From positions 4,030,001 to 4,094,000 of the forward strand of contig OZ176051.1 of NCBI GenBank assembly GCA_964247055.1: DNA of 64,000 bases. Reading direction: 5' to 3'. A program made the translations under genes and the position numbers. The notes beneath the pieces were generated by a model, which saw only the letters and a list, made by a program, of their open reading frames with translations, ran no database searches and was not told where the DNA came from. Below are positions 1-13,275 of the stretch, piece by piece. This DNA comes from Paragordius varius. Its lineage: Eukaryota; Animalia; Nematomorpha. The number at the start of each line of letters is the position of its first letter. Position 1 is the first letter of the stretch.

Positions 1-92
1 TTACAAAAATCGTTGTATGCATAGCATGTTTAGTCCATATAAATTCAATTTTTTTCGAAATAAATCTTACTAAACAAAATTGCATCTCTTAG

Positions 93-720
93 ACCGCTTA
101 AAAGACCCGTATGATTATGAAAGTTACTCCGATATTGACAACACTGGCATATATATTTGATCCAAAGAATGTGAAGTTTGTCTTTCATGAAGAAGTTCAT
201 TGGAAAAATAGCCACTTCACCAGTAAAGCTGGAAATCGTTTGATTAAATGACTAAAGAATTTTTAGAGGTGTCGCGCGTGATCCTCCAATGCTAAAAATT
301 TGCAAGAGAATTAAATAAATACAACATTAGAATTACTTTTATTTTTTGATAATATTTTATTCAGAATTTTTTTGCTCATTTTATTAACACCATTAATTGT
401 TGTTCGACTGAAGATAAATAACTTCATTTAATAAAAATGTAGGAATTATTCAAATATTGCCAACGAAATAAACAAAAATTAATACCAATCCATCACTAAG
501 GCTGAAAATTGTTTGAATAAATGGCTAAAGCGTAAATCTGTCAAGAAATATACAATCATTTCTCCAGCTATGGTAGAGTTTTCAGTGGGAAACGCTATTA
601 TCATTAATCCTTCCAATGTACTTAAAAATAAGAATGTAAATGAGCCAGTATATTTAATGGGCTTTAAATTTATTTAATATAATTACAAAATTATTTAATT
701 ATGCAATTCATTTGTAACCA
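93..720 (+). pseudogene. Unknown 'DPYDYES' gene family, + copy 1 (decayed)
   Basis: Acceptor ttag|ACCGCTTAAAAGACCCG at 93. Reads RLKDPYDYESYSDIDNTGIYFDPKNVKFVFHEEVHWKNSHFTSKAGNRLIK*, followed by a second related block (TKAENCLNKWLKRKSVKKY). Contains in-frame stops. Confidence 0.6.
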
Positions 721-1355
721 AATCAAAATAATAAGTCTTTCCAGTTATAAATACATTATAGACAAAGTCAAAAATCATTGAAATAAATTATGTAATTCAT
801 ATTTTCTTATCCCTTCTCTTACATATTTTAAATGCACATCCAATTAGATTTCTATACGATCATTTTTAATATATTTATTAATTTTGAATAGATTTGCTTG
901 ACTGTTCGCCAGCATATCAATAGTAAGTGGTATCTTTTTAATTTTCTGACACTTTTTTTAAAAAAAATCCTTGTTTATTTAAAGGTGTCCCTGAATATTT
1001 TAAATACGTACAATGATAGAGTATTAAAAATTTGCATAATATATTTGTTGTATGTTATTCAACTTAATTCAGTTTAAAATATAAAAATTTGCTAGATAAT
1101 ATAAATTAGTTATTTTTTCAGAAGCCTGTCTAGATTTGATATTTATATAGTATAGGGGACCAAATTTTTAATGGAAAAAGCGGGACAACTCTGAATGAAA
1201 GAGCAGCGTTTGCTATCAAAAATTTTCTAACAATAATTAATATCGTAGAATTTTTTTTAATAAATTTATAAGTATGAAAAAATGTATAATATTTCATTAC
1301 TTAATATATTTTTTATTTGAGTAATTTGTATGAGCAGGTTATTATCATTTTTCAA

Positions 1356-3321
1356 TCTAATGGCTGGCTTTGTGATCTGTTTCCGGAAAACCGGTAGACT
1401 TATTCCAATTCAAATGTCAAAAATATAATCACTAATGAATGCCCCCACAATAGCTTAGCCCTTTTTTAAATTAGGTCCCCAGTTCAAGCCCACCGTGTAA
1501 AAAACGGGTGTTTTTGAAAACACCTCCACAAAAATCGGGACTTTGAGACAATTTTCCGGAAAACGTGTTGGACCATTCGATTTTAAATATTATTTTTTTT
1601 ACTTTTTTTCGATTGCGCCGAACATAGTTTTAATTTAGGCCTCCTTTTTACCCCTCCCCTAACATGCCATTTTTTTCAAAAAACCAAGTCAACAAAAATA
1701 ATTTTTGGAATCTATTTCTCGCTTAAGATATGAGACCGTAAATTTCAATGATTCCATGTATTACCAGTTACAAGGCAAACATTTTAGTCGTGCGTTTATA
1801 ATGGCTGCTGGGTAAGGAGATACCCGCTAAAAACTGCGCTGTCATATCGAAATAGCGTGCTCTTGGGGCTAAATTTCCGAAAACCTTAGGTTATATGAGT
1901 TATATAGGTGCTTAAAATATTACACCAGACAAAAATTTAGGTCGGGCGGTTTTTATTAGTCGTTAACTAGGCCCTTCAAGCCCTGAAAAGTGCGCTACCG
2001 TAGAATTATTTTTTTGTTTAGAGGCAATTTTTCCAAAAACTAATGAGAGCATATGGAAATCAATCATGATTCCAGGTATTCTCCGTATTTTATTCAAGCG
2101 CCTTTTTGTATCAGCCTCTGGGCATGGAGCTACCCCAACTGCGTCACCATATCGAAATTGCATTGCTAAGTTAATTTTCTGACATATCTGGCCATATAAG
2201 TTTAATTAATGCCCGAAATATTACCAAGTCAAAAATTTAAGCTGAGCAGTTTTTTAAATTAGCGCTTAATTAGGCCCTTTACGCCCTAAAAATGCGCTAT
2301 CATTGATATTTAGTTAGCCATTCTTCCAAAAAGTATTATAAACAAAGGAATGAACAATGATTCCAGGTATACCCCTATAAAGGCAAAAATATTTATCAAA
2401 CGTCTGTTTTATATTGGTCTCTAAGTGGCGGGCTACCCGCCAACAACTGAGCCATATGGATACAGCGTCACTTTGGTGGCAAATTTTAAAAAAATTATCA
2501 GGCCATATGAGTTCAATAAAGCCTTTACCCGTTAAAAGGCAAAAAATTAAGTAAAGCGGTGTTATTTAATTAACCCTTAATTAGGCCCATGCCCTGAAAA
2601 AATGAGCCACTATTTAGAAAATTCGTTATTTTGGAGCTAATTTACAGGAAATTTAATGAGCTCATTAGAAGCTTTAAATATTACCCGTAACTAGGTAAAA
2701 TAGGTAGGGCGTCTTTATATTAGCCGTTAATTTGGGGCCTATATGTCCTAAAAATACGCCATCATATAGAATATTTGGTGTTAAGGTATTTTTTCGAATT
2801 GCTTATGATACGATGGTATCAAAGATGAATCCAAATATTTTCCCCATAAAGGCAAACAATTTGATTCAGCGCTTTTTCCATATAGGCATATGGGTAATGG
2901 TCTAGCGGTTTACTGAGACGCTATACAAAAATGGCTGGGTGATGGAGTTAATTTTACGAGTTCAATTAATCACACTTCGGAAATTTGTATGATATTATTT
3001 CCTTTAAAAAGGGACCACAAATGATTTACTTTTTATATCCCGTGATCCCAGCTGTGTAAACATAATTTCAAAATAAATTTACCATGATTTCTCAAAATAA
3101 AAATCTCAAATTAAATCCAATGATCGCCAGTTTAAATATGGACATTTCGAGTTAACAATAGTTGAGCCTATGCAAAAACCCGTAAAAGAATAATTAAAGA
3201 CATTCTTTTTATTAAATATGTTTTTTCTTTTTTTCATTTCCATTACCTCTATTTATTGCAAATTATTAAGAATAATTATGGATGAGACTGCGTTACAGAG
3301 AAGCGTGACAGGGCCAGCTAG
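1356..3321 (+). mobile_element. Non-autonomous Helitron with internal degenerate ~300-bp tandem repeats
   Basis: 5' A|TC, partly deleted relative to the TCTATATATTTATAAAAATGG start of sister copies. 3' hairpin GTTAC-agagaagc-GTGAC followed by CTAG|T at 3318-3322. Motif ctgggtaaggagctacccgc recurs about every 300 bp. Confidence 0.75.
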
Positions 3322-4191
3322 TATATTATAAAAATCTATAAAAAATTTATTAAAATTTATTTGAACATAAGGCTTTCAGAGCTTTTAACATTTAATTTTG
3401 ATTTCTGCTTTCCACACTTGATTTGCTTTAGTATAAACGCGTTCAGTCGCAGCGTTATTTCCACGTAAAGAGAGTGTGAATCCCACAATTTTTAAAACAT
3501 TATTGTAGGAACGTAGTTTGTTTCAAAATGATGAAATATTTCCAACCATTTGTCCTCTATTGTTATTTTTTCTGATGCCCAATATTTAAGCTTCTTATCA
3601 ATATATTTTTAACCAATATTTGTTAAAAAGATCATTTTCAGTTATTGTTTGGAAATTTCAAATAAATATAATCAAAGGACCTATAAACATCATACCAATA
3701 AATTCTGGTTTTAATGTAATCCTATAAACTATCATTGAATCGTCCGTCCAGTCAAAATAATCTCTGCAGTTGGTATACAACCGTTTTATACGCATAATAT
3801 GTGACGGTTTATTGCACCTTGCTCTTCGAGCTCATTTATACTATGGCTAATAGTTAATGGCAGAAATTTATATTTAACCTTTCTTGACATTGGTATATAA
3901 TATTAATGGCATTTTCTACTTTGAGTGCAGATAATTTGTCACCTTCAATAAGTTTAATGACATTTTGAAAAACAGCAGCTTAATTTTGTAAAAACTTTAT
4001 CCATATTTTTGAAGGTTCATTTTCAAAACTTTTTTAAAATTGTAGGTCATTTGTCTTGCGATAGAAAGTAAGATTTAATGGATCCTACAATTTCAAAATT
4101 TATTTGTTAGCTGGCAGAAGAGCAACGCGTTTTACAGTATCCAAATTTTTTGATATTCAACTTCCGCATTTTAAGCATTTCAGCGCGTACA

Positions 4192-4194
<3 letters not shown>

Positions 4195-4238
<44 letters not shown>
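4195..4238. repeat. (TA)22 microsatellite inside the hAT transposase remnant
   Basis: Direct reading; the paralogous site near 16445 has only a few TA units. Confidence 0.95.
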
Positions 4239-4244
<6 letters not shown>

Positions 4245-5424
4245 GATATATTTTAACAACAATACTGGCCACATATACTGGTAAGTCAGCAACTGTTTGA
4301 TAAGCGTTCTGTATTATATGCGAACACCAATAATATTTTGATTCACATCTTTGGTTAACCTATAAAAAATATTATTTGTGCCTCTTATCGCTTTTCCTCC
4401 GAAATTAGAATTCGTATTGTCTGAACAGTATGCGATGATTTTTAGTTTAAAATATTTTTCCATAATATCAATAATAGAACTAAAAATTATTTTAGAATTT
4501 TCATCGGGCAAAGATAAAATTTTTTAACCTTAGTATCTGAATCAAAATATCTTATCATGGTTGGAAATAATTTTAATTCTCATCTTTTCGTACTCATTTT
4601 GTAAAAAATCTAAAATAAATTATATCGATATTAATATCACTTTTTATAGTGTTCTATGGTAAGCCTAAGTAGCAGATATGATTTGACTCATCCAATAGGT
4701 ACGAACACAAAAAAGCGCAAAACAATCAGTTAAATTTTAAATTTATGTGGTAGCGGGACGTGAATGGTAAAAGACCAGGATGTCTGGTCAACCTAATATA
4801 GTAATAGAATTAAAAAATAATCATATGCGCCCCTTGTGTTTTAATTATTCTGAGAAGGACTATAATGTTGGCGTGTGGATATAAACTCCGAAAATTACGG
4901 CAAAAATCTATAATATTTTGATTGTCTCAAAACTTAAACTCATCTGATTAAATGAAATCTTAGAAAAATAGCGCGAAAAAATTTGAGCTGGATATTACAT
5001 TTTAAAAAATTGATTTTTATAAATCCGTCTAATAGGCTAAGAAATGAATTCAAACAGGCCCAATATGCACATAGTTTTGATAATATTGATTGCTAAGGGA
5101 ATTGCCGTGTAAAATAAAACAGATATTAATCATTTTTAGATTTTGGATTATATATGAAACCAGGATCAAAAACGTTATTAGCACCAACAAAGCATTTTGA
5201 AATTTGGAATAAAACGCCTAAATGAAGATTTTTCTAGAAGTAAATTCATTTAAGTTAAGGTAAATTAAACACTACCGAAATAAAGGATCTTTTATTGCTT
5301 TTCAGAGCTGTAATTTCCAACACAAATGGCTTTGCCAGCCCCATAAGCCAATATATTGGGCTGGCCACTTAAAAATACTATATATAAAACCATGGTGCTG
5401 TAAAAATTTTACAATTACTCTATA

Positions 5425-5782
5425 TGTACTAAATATATTAATTTTTGTTTATTTCGTTGGTGAAATTTGGATCATTCCTACATTTTTATTAAATGAAGTT
5501 ATTTATAATCACTCGAACAACAATTAATGGTGTTAAACGAACAATACAAATTCTGAATATCAAAAAATAAATATAATAATTCAAATGTTGTATTTATTTA
5601 TATTCTTGCAAATTTTTAGTATTGGAGGATCGCGCGTGAAACCTCTGAAAATTCTTCAGCCATTTAATTAAAAGATTCCCACCCTTAGTGGAAAAGGGTC
5701 TATTTTCCGAGACTTCTACATGGGACATTGCTGTCAATATCTATGTAGCTTTCATAATCATAGGGGTCTTTTAAGCGATCTA
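5425..5782 (-). pseudogene. 'DPYDYES' family, - copy 1
   Basis: Inverted, diverged homolog of 62-500 (RSLKDPYDYES...TKGGNLLIKWLK). Confidence 0.55.
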
Positions 5783-5999
5783 AAAAGGCAAATTTGTCTA
5801 GTAAGACAAAATCATCAAAAATAAAATGAATCATCATTATTGCAATTATAATCCAGCTTAAATTATCGAAAATTCACCACAATCTACTGTCCACACTTAA
5901 TTTACTGTAAATTAAACGCGTTCAGTCGCAGAGTTATTTCTAGGTAAAGGTGTGAATCCCACAATTTTACTCAAGTCTCCTTTTGAATAATTATGTGTT

Positions 6000-6969
6000 T
6001 TCAGTTTACCCCGTGTAAAAATTTAGATTTTTTACAATGCCAGTGCTATTCAATTAGAAGAACTAATGCTTACAAATATTTCGGAGGGGCCTAGCATGGT
6101 TAGCCACTTTATTTATTAGTTACTGTATTTAGCCCCATCCACCGTATAATTTGCTTTCTTACAAAAAACTAAGTCCCATTGTGTTTTTATTAAAGCAATC
6201 TTTTGAAAAAGTATGAGACATAATAAACCTGAATATTGATTCCATCTCACTGTTTTACAAAAAAGGGTTGTATGCATAGCATGTTTGTCCATATAAATTC
6301 AATTTTTTTCTAAATAAATCTTACTAAACAAATTCGCATCTTTTAGACCGCTAAAAAGACCCGTATGATACGAAAGTGCTCCGATATTGACAACACTGGC
6401 ATATTTATTGATCCAAAGAAAGTGAAGTTTGTCTTTCATAAATAAGTTCATTGGAAAAATAGCCACTTCACCAGTAAAGCTGGAAATCGTTTAATTAAAT
6501 GGCTAAAGAATTTTCAGAGGTGTCAAACGCAATCCTTCAATGCTAAAAATTTGCAAGAAAATTAAATAAATACAACATTAGAATTACTTTTATTTTTTGA
6601 TAATATTTTATTCAGAATTTTTTTTCTTCGTTTTATTAACACCATTAATTGTTGCTCGACTGAAGATAAATAACTTCATTTAATAAAAATGTAGGAATTA
6701 TCCAAATTTCGCCAACGAAATAAACAAAAATTAACCAATCCACCACTAAGGATGGAAATTGTTTGAATAAATGGCTAAAGCGTAAATCTGTCAACAAATA
6801 TACAATCATTTCTCCAGCTATGGTAGAGTTTTTTGTGGGAAATGCTATAATCATTAATCCTTCCAATGTACATAAATATAAGAATGTAAAAGAGCCAGTA
6901 TATTTTATGGCCTTAAATTTATTTAATATAATTACACAATTATTTAATTATGCAATTCATTTCTTGTAA
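6000..6969 (+). pseudogene. 'DPYDYES' family, + copy 2 with upstream exon-like blocks
   Basis: Acceptor at 6347; ORF 6763-6969 (NKWLKRKSVNKY...). Upstream AIQLEELMLTNISEGPSM and KKLSPIVFLLKQSFEK|gtatga blocks are repeated in unit C. Confidence 0.55.
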
Positions 6970-7539
6970 CCAAATCAAAATAATAAGTCTTTCCACTCAT
7001 AAATATAGACAAAGTAAAAAAACTTGAAATAAATTATGTAATTCATATTTTTTATCCCTTCTCTTACATATTTTAAATGCACATCCAATTAGATTTCTAT
7101 ACGATTTGGAGACGGCATTTTTAATATATTTATAAATTTTGAATAGATTTGCTTGACTGTTCGCCAGCATATCAATAGTAAGTGGTATCTTTTTAATTTT
7201 CTGACACTTTTTTTTATAAAAATCCTTGTTTATTTAAAGATGTCCCTGAATATTTTAAATACGTCCAATGATAGAGTAATTCAGTTTAAAATATAAAAAT
7301 TTGCTAGATATTATAAATTAGTTATTTTTTCAGAAGCCTATTGTCTAGATTTGATATTTATATAGATTATTTAATGGGAAAAGCGGGAGTACTTTGAAGG
7401 AAAGGGAGGGGGAGTTTACTATCAAACATTTTCTTAATTTTAAAATACAATATAAGTATGTAAAAATGTATAATTTTTCATTACTTTATATATTTTTTAT
7501 TTGAATAATTTGTATGAACAGGTTATTATCATCTATTGA

Positions 7540-10500
7540 TCTATATATTTATAAAAATGGGAATGGCTATCTTTGTGATCTGTTTCCGGAAAACCGGAAG
7601 ATTTATTAATTCAAATGTCAAAAAAATATAATCACTAATGAATGCCCCGACAATAGCTTGGCCCTTTTTTTGAATTAGGTCCTCAGTTCAAGCCCACCCC
7701 GTGTAAAAAACGGGTGTTTTTGAAAACACCTCCACAAAAATCGGGACTTTGAGACAATTTTCCGGAAAACGTGTTGGACCATTCGATTTCAAATATAATT
7801 TTTTTTTACTTTTTTTCGATTGCGCCGAACATAGTCGGCTTGCTTTTTTAATTTAGGCCTTCTTTTTGCCCGCTTCCCCCGTAAAATGCCATTTTTTTTT
7901 CAAAAAAACCAAGTCCACAAAGATAATTTTTGAGTCTATTTTTCGCCCAATGTATGAGATCGTAAAATTCAATGAGGCCATGTATTCCCAGTTAAAAGGC
8001 AAATATTTTAGTCGTGCATTTTTTATATTGGCTGCTGGATATGGAGATACCCGCTAAAAACTGCCGCGTCATATCGAAATAGCGTGCTTTTGGGGCTAAA
8101 TTTCCGAAAACCTATTAGGTTATATGAGTTATATAGGTGCTTAAAATATTACACCAGGCAAAAATTTAGGTCGGGCGGTTTTTTATTAGTCGTTAATTAG
8201 GCCCTTCAAGCCCTGAAAAGTGCGCTACCATAGAATTGTTTTTTTTGTTTTAGGGCAATTTTTCCAAACACTAATGACAGCATATGGAATCAATCATGAT
8301 TCCAGATATTCTCCGTATTTTATTCAAGCGCCTTTTTTGTATCAGCCTCTGGGCATGGAGCTACCCCAACTGCGTCACCATACCGAAATTGCATTGCTAG
8401 GAGTTAATTTTCAGACATATCTGGCCATATAATTGGTGCCCGAAATATTACCAAGTCAAAAATTTAAGTTGAGCAGTTTTTTAAAATTAGAGCTTAATTA
8501 GGCCCTTTACGCCCTAAAATGCGCTATCATTGATATTTAGTTAGCTATTCTTCCAAAAAGTATTAAAAACATAAGGAATGAACAATGATTCCAGGTATAC
8601 CCCTATAGAGGCAAAATTTTTTATCGAACGTCTTTTTAATATTGGTCTCTGGGTAGGGGATACCGGAAACAGCGTGACTTTGGAGGCAATTAAAAATTTA
8701 TCAGGCCATATGAGTTCAATAAAGGCTTTACCCGTTTAAAGGCAAAAATTCAAGTGAGGCGGTTTTATTTAAATACCCTTTAATTAGGCCCATGCCCTGG
8801 AAAAATGCGCCACTATAGAATGACTTTTTGGTTTTAAGGCAATTTTTCGAAAATAACACAGGAGCGGAATCAATCATGATTCCAGGTATTACCCGGATGA
8901 AGGCAAAAATTTTAATCGAGCGTTTTTTGTTTAGCTTCTTAGGGGGCTACTCTGTAAAACTGCGTCACCATATCGATACAGCATGCCTTTGGAGTCAAAT
9001 TTCATAAAACCTATGATCTTATAGCAATATATATGATAATTTCAGATACTCCCCATATAAAGGCAAAAATTTTGCCTAACGCCTTTTTTATACCTGTTCC
9101 TGGGTTAGGAGCTACCCGCCAAAAAGTGCGCTGTTATATGGAAATTGCGTTGTTTTGGAGCTAATTTACAGAAAATTAAGCCATCCGAACTCATTAAAAA
9201 CTTGAAATATCATTAACCAGGTAAAAAAATCAGGCGTTTTTTATTAGCCATAAATTTGGGGCCTTTATGCCCTAAAAATACGCCATCAGATGATATTTTA
9301 GTGTTGAGGTATTTTTTCGAAAACCCATGAGACGATGATATCAAAGATGATTCCCAATATTTGCCCTATAAATAGGGTTGTGATTTTGACCCGCTTTTTC
9401 AAAAAAGGGGATCAGACTAGGTCCGACCTAGGTCATACCATATGTTATTGCCAATATTAAGTACATATCTTGTAAAATTATACTTTCACCAATCTTGATA
9501 ATTTAAATTTAATAACGATCTTTCCTGGAATCATACATAAAGACTTATAGAAAGTTTCAAATCACAGAAAGCTAAGAGTAACGAGAAAATATGGATTTAT
9601 TGAAACCTATTTGTGCTCTAATTATTTTAATTGTGTAAAAACGAGTCACTGTCCATGAACTTAACGTTAACTTAGGATGGTTCAAAGTTTTTTTTATACT
9701 TTAAAATTTTTTATACGATTTATTAGATTTAATATATAATCGTCTCACTATATTTAAAATTTCAGTAATCATATTAAGTTTAATATATTCTTTGATCAAA
9801 TTATTTAAAATATGACATTGGCATCCATGCCATATTATATTAGGATATTCTTTATTAATCAAATTTTCAGCAGCCTTCATGTTCGCTGCATTATCGGTCA
9901 CAATGGCATTAATTTTTTTAAATTTCCAATATCTTTTATAATTGGTTCCATTATGTTATAGATATATTCGACAGTCTTACTATGATAAGATGTGTCAATA
10001 TTAATAAAAATGATTTTTGGGATCCTTGCCAATAATATTTATTATTTGCTCCCTACGAATATTGGTAAAGGGATCGACGATTAATGAAATATTATTTTTA
10101 CATATTCCAATAACTTATATTTTTATATCTTCATAACATGAATCTAGTAATTTATTGGAAATCTGTTTTCTATTTGGAATAGCATAATTAGGTTTAAACT
10201 ATGAATGAAACTCCAAAAATGTTTGTATTCAACTATGTTTAGAGTTGAGGATGTAAAAATAAATTTTGCTAAATGTTTATGGCTAATTTCTCTTGAAAAC
10301 AGAAATTTTTAAGACTAAACTTAGGAAATTAAATAATTAGCTGGCTTTCGACCATCACCTTCTGTATATAATTTATTTCATGTTCTTTTAGATGTTTCTT
10401 CATTCGGTTTTTATTTAAATATATATAGTGTAATTGCATTTCATGCATGTAACTTCATTTTTTGATCGAAAAATTTCCACAAGGCTGATTTCATTATGAC

Positions 10501-10880
10501 TTAGGAAGTAAAGAAAAGATGTGTATCATATGATATTTACAACAAAATAATACATATATAAATAATATAAGGTTTTGTTTTCCTAAAAATTGTAAAATTA
10601 AAAATTGAAAAAAAATTGACTTAGGTCATTTTTTTCGTGGCCATGACCCTAGGTCATTGACTAATGGGCACAACCCTACCTATAAAGGCAAAGAATTTAA
10701 CTCAGCGCTTTCATATAGGTCTATGGGTAGGGGTCTACCGGTTTAAAACGGAGACGCCATATAAAAATGGCGTGGTTTTGGAGCTAATTTTCAAAAAAAT
10801 AAGGAAGCCAAACGAGTTCAGCTAAACACATATCTGGGGAATTTGTATAATATCATTCTTTCCTTTAAAAAGGGACCACC
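7540..10880 (+). mobile_element. Helitron copy (3' end lost) carrying a nested hAT
   Basis: Starts A|TCTATATATTTATAAAAATGG at 7540, has the same internal repeats as 1356-3321, and stops before the hairpin/CTAG. Confidence 0.75.
9373..10678 (-). mobile_element. Second hAT family, internally deleted (1306 bp), with BED-finger and transposase remnants
   Basis: TIR TAGGGTTGTG / CACAACCCTA. Perfect 8-bp TSD cctataaa (9365-9372 and 10679-10686); empty site ccctataaaggcaaa near 42550. Subterminal gacctaggtca repeats. Remnants include TDNAANMKAA...WHGCQCHILN (ORF 9701-9901) and SALWKFF..VTCMKC...MKKHLKEH. Confidence 0.92.
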
Positions 10881-11099
10881 GATCATTATATTATCTTGTA
10901 TAAAATAACTATGATATAGAAGATGTTATAGAAATTTATAAAAATGTTGGTTTATTTTTGTCAATCTCTTAAAACCGAAATAATTGATAAATATTATCAA
11001 CAAATTTTTTTATTTTTCGAATTGTTGGGGTTGTTAAGAAACTCGCTATCATAAATGGGGTCGGGAATTACAAATGTTTAAAAAGCCTTGGTCTATAAG

Positions 11100-11535
11100 T
11101 ATTAAATATATTAATTTTTGTTTATTTTGTTGCGAAATTCGGATAACTCCTAAATTTTTATTAAATAAAGTTACATATCTTCAGTACAACAATTAATGGT
11201 GTTTATAAACGAACAATATATATTTTGAATAAAATTTTATTAAAAAATAAAAGTAATAATTCAAATGATGTATTTATTTAGATTCTTGCATATTTTTATT
11301 GGAGGATCGCGCGTAACTGAAAAATCTTCAGCCATTTAATTAAACGATTCCCACCCTTAGTGAAAAAGGGTCTATTTTCCGAGACTTCTACATGAACAAA
11401 GTTCCGTTTCTTCGGATATGTGACATTTCTGTTAATATTGATGGAACTTTCGTAGTCGTATGGATCTTTCAAGCAGTCTAAAAAGGCAAATAAGTAAGAT
11501 TCAACAAAATCATCAAAAATAAAATGAATCATCAT
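11100..11535 (-). pseudogene. 'DPYDYES' family, - copy 2
   Basis: ORF 11296-11535 contains LDCLKDPYDYES...TKGGNRLIKWLK. Confidence 0.55.
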
Positions 11536-12039
11536 TATTGCAATTATAATCCAGCTAAAATTATCGAAAATTCACCCCAAAAAGATTTTTCTGCTGTCCA
11601 CACCTGATATAAACGCGTTCAGTCGCAACGTTATTTCTATGTAAAGAGAGTGTGAATCCCACAATTTTACTCAAGTCTCCTTTTGAATAATCATGTGTTT
11701 TCAGTTCAACCCTTGTGAAATTTAGATTTTTTACAATGCCACTGCTATTCAAATAGAAGAACTAATGCTTACAAATATTTCGGAGTCGCCAATCATGGTT
11801 AGTCACTTTATTAATAAGTTACCGTGTTTAGCCCCAATAATTCGCGTTCTTCCAAAAAACTAAGTCCCAATGTGTTTTTATTAAAGCAATCTTTCGAAAA
11901 AGTATGAGACATAAATAAACCTGAATATTTGATTCCATCTCACTGTTTTACTAAAAATCGTTGTATGCATAGCATGTTTAGTCCATATAAATTCAATTTT
12001 TTCGCAATAAATCTCACCGAACAAATTTGCCTCTTTTAG

Positions 12040-12373
12040 ACTGCTTAAAAGACCCGTATGATTATGAAAGTTACTCCGATATTGACAACACTGGCATATT
12101 TATTGATCCAAAGAATGTGAAGTTTGTCTTTCATAAAGAAGTTCATTGGAAAAATAGCCACTTCACCAGTAAAGCTGAAAATCGTTTGATTAAATGGCTA
12201 AAGAATTTTCAGAGGTGTCAAACGCAATCCTATGCTAAAAATTTGCAAGAAAATTAAATAAATACAACATTAGAATTACTTTTATTTTTTGATAATATTT
12301 TATTCAGAATTTTTTTGTTCGTTTTATTAACACCATTAATTGTTGTTCGACTGAAGATAAATAACTTCATTTA
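12040..12373 (+). pseudogene. 'DPYDYES' family, + copy 3 (3' part replaced by an insertion)
   Basis: ORF 12027-12257; acceptor ttttag|ACTGCTTAAAAGAC at 12040. Confidence 0.55.
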
Positions 12374-12940
12374 CAGTCATGTAGACTTTATTTTGTTAAA
12401 GATTTACTTTTTTTCGTTAATTGGGTATTAATATTTGGTAGAGAATATAAAAACAAGAGCTATATGGTATACCATATCATATTTTTTAAAAAATAAAAGA
12501 AGTGTGGGGAAAGGGTGTCAGAAATCTTTGGTAAAAAATGAAAATCTTAAATATTGTTTAAAGGGGAATGGTAATATTTTTGTTAATTTTTTGCAAAATT
12601 TTATATATTAATTTTTTTTGATAAAATTTTTATTTAACACCTAAAATGGGGTGTATCCAAATATACCCCAGACGTTAGTATTTTAATAAACTAGTGTAAG
12701 AAACGGTCCCAATTTAAATTTATGCTTCTTTCCTAATAAAAATTATATAAATATGCCAAAATATCTAAATAAAATTTTGTTTTGAAAAAAAAGTTGCATG
12801 TGAAACAACTTCGACACCATTTTTATTTTACAAAATATTTGCAAAATGTCGTCTTCATTAAGTGTTAAGGGTAAAATTAGATTTAATTTTTTATTTAAAT
12901 TACATCTTACATTGATAGAAATAGATAAAGCGGTTTATTT
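12374..12940. mobile_element. Unit-C-specific insertion, probable MITE fragment
   Basis: Absent from units A and B at the aligned position and begins TA|CAGT. Part of it (gaaacggtcccaatttaaatttatgctt ... cttcgacaccattttta) recurs inverted at ~34540-34740. Confidence 0.45.
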
Positions 12941-13275
12941 GCACATTTAATTAGATTTCTATACGATTTGGAGCTATCGGCATTTTTTGTATAATATATT
13001 TAATAATTTTTAATAGATTTGCGGAACTGTTTGCCAGCATATCGATAGTAAATGGTATCTTTTTAATTTTCTTACACCTTTTTTTTAAAAAAAACCTTGT
13101 TTAAAGGTGTCCCTAATTATTTAAAATTTACGTCCAATGATAGATTATTATACACTTGCATAATATATTTGTAGCACGTCAAGTTAATTCAGTTTAAAAT
13201 ATATAAATTTGCTAGATCATATAAATTTGATATTTTTCAGAAGTCTATTGTCTAGAATTCGATATTTACATAGTA

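Larger units (their letters stand above)
1153..4795 (-). mobile_element. hAT DNA transposon with decayed transposase (~3350-4620) and a nested Helitron
   Basis: Ends are TAGGGGACC (1153) and GGTCAACCTA (4795), TAGGGTGACC-type TIRs. Identical 8-bp TSD atatagta at 1145-1152 and 4796-4803. Subterminal gcgggac motifs. Minus-strand remnants KIIAYCSDNTNSNFGG, KSYFLSQDK.PTIL and KIVGFTLSLRGNNAATERV are hAT catalytic and dimerization-domain-like. Confidence 0.88.
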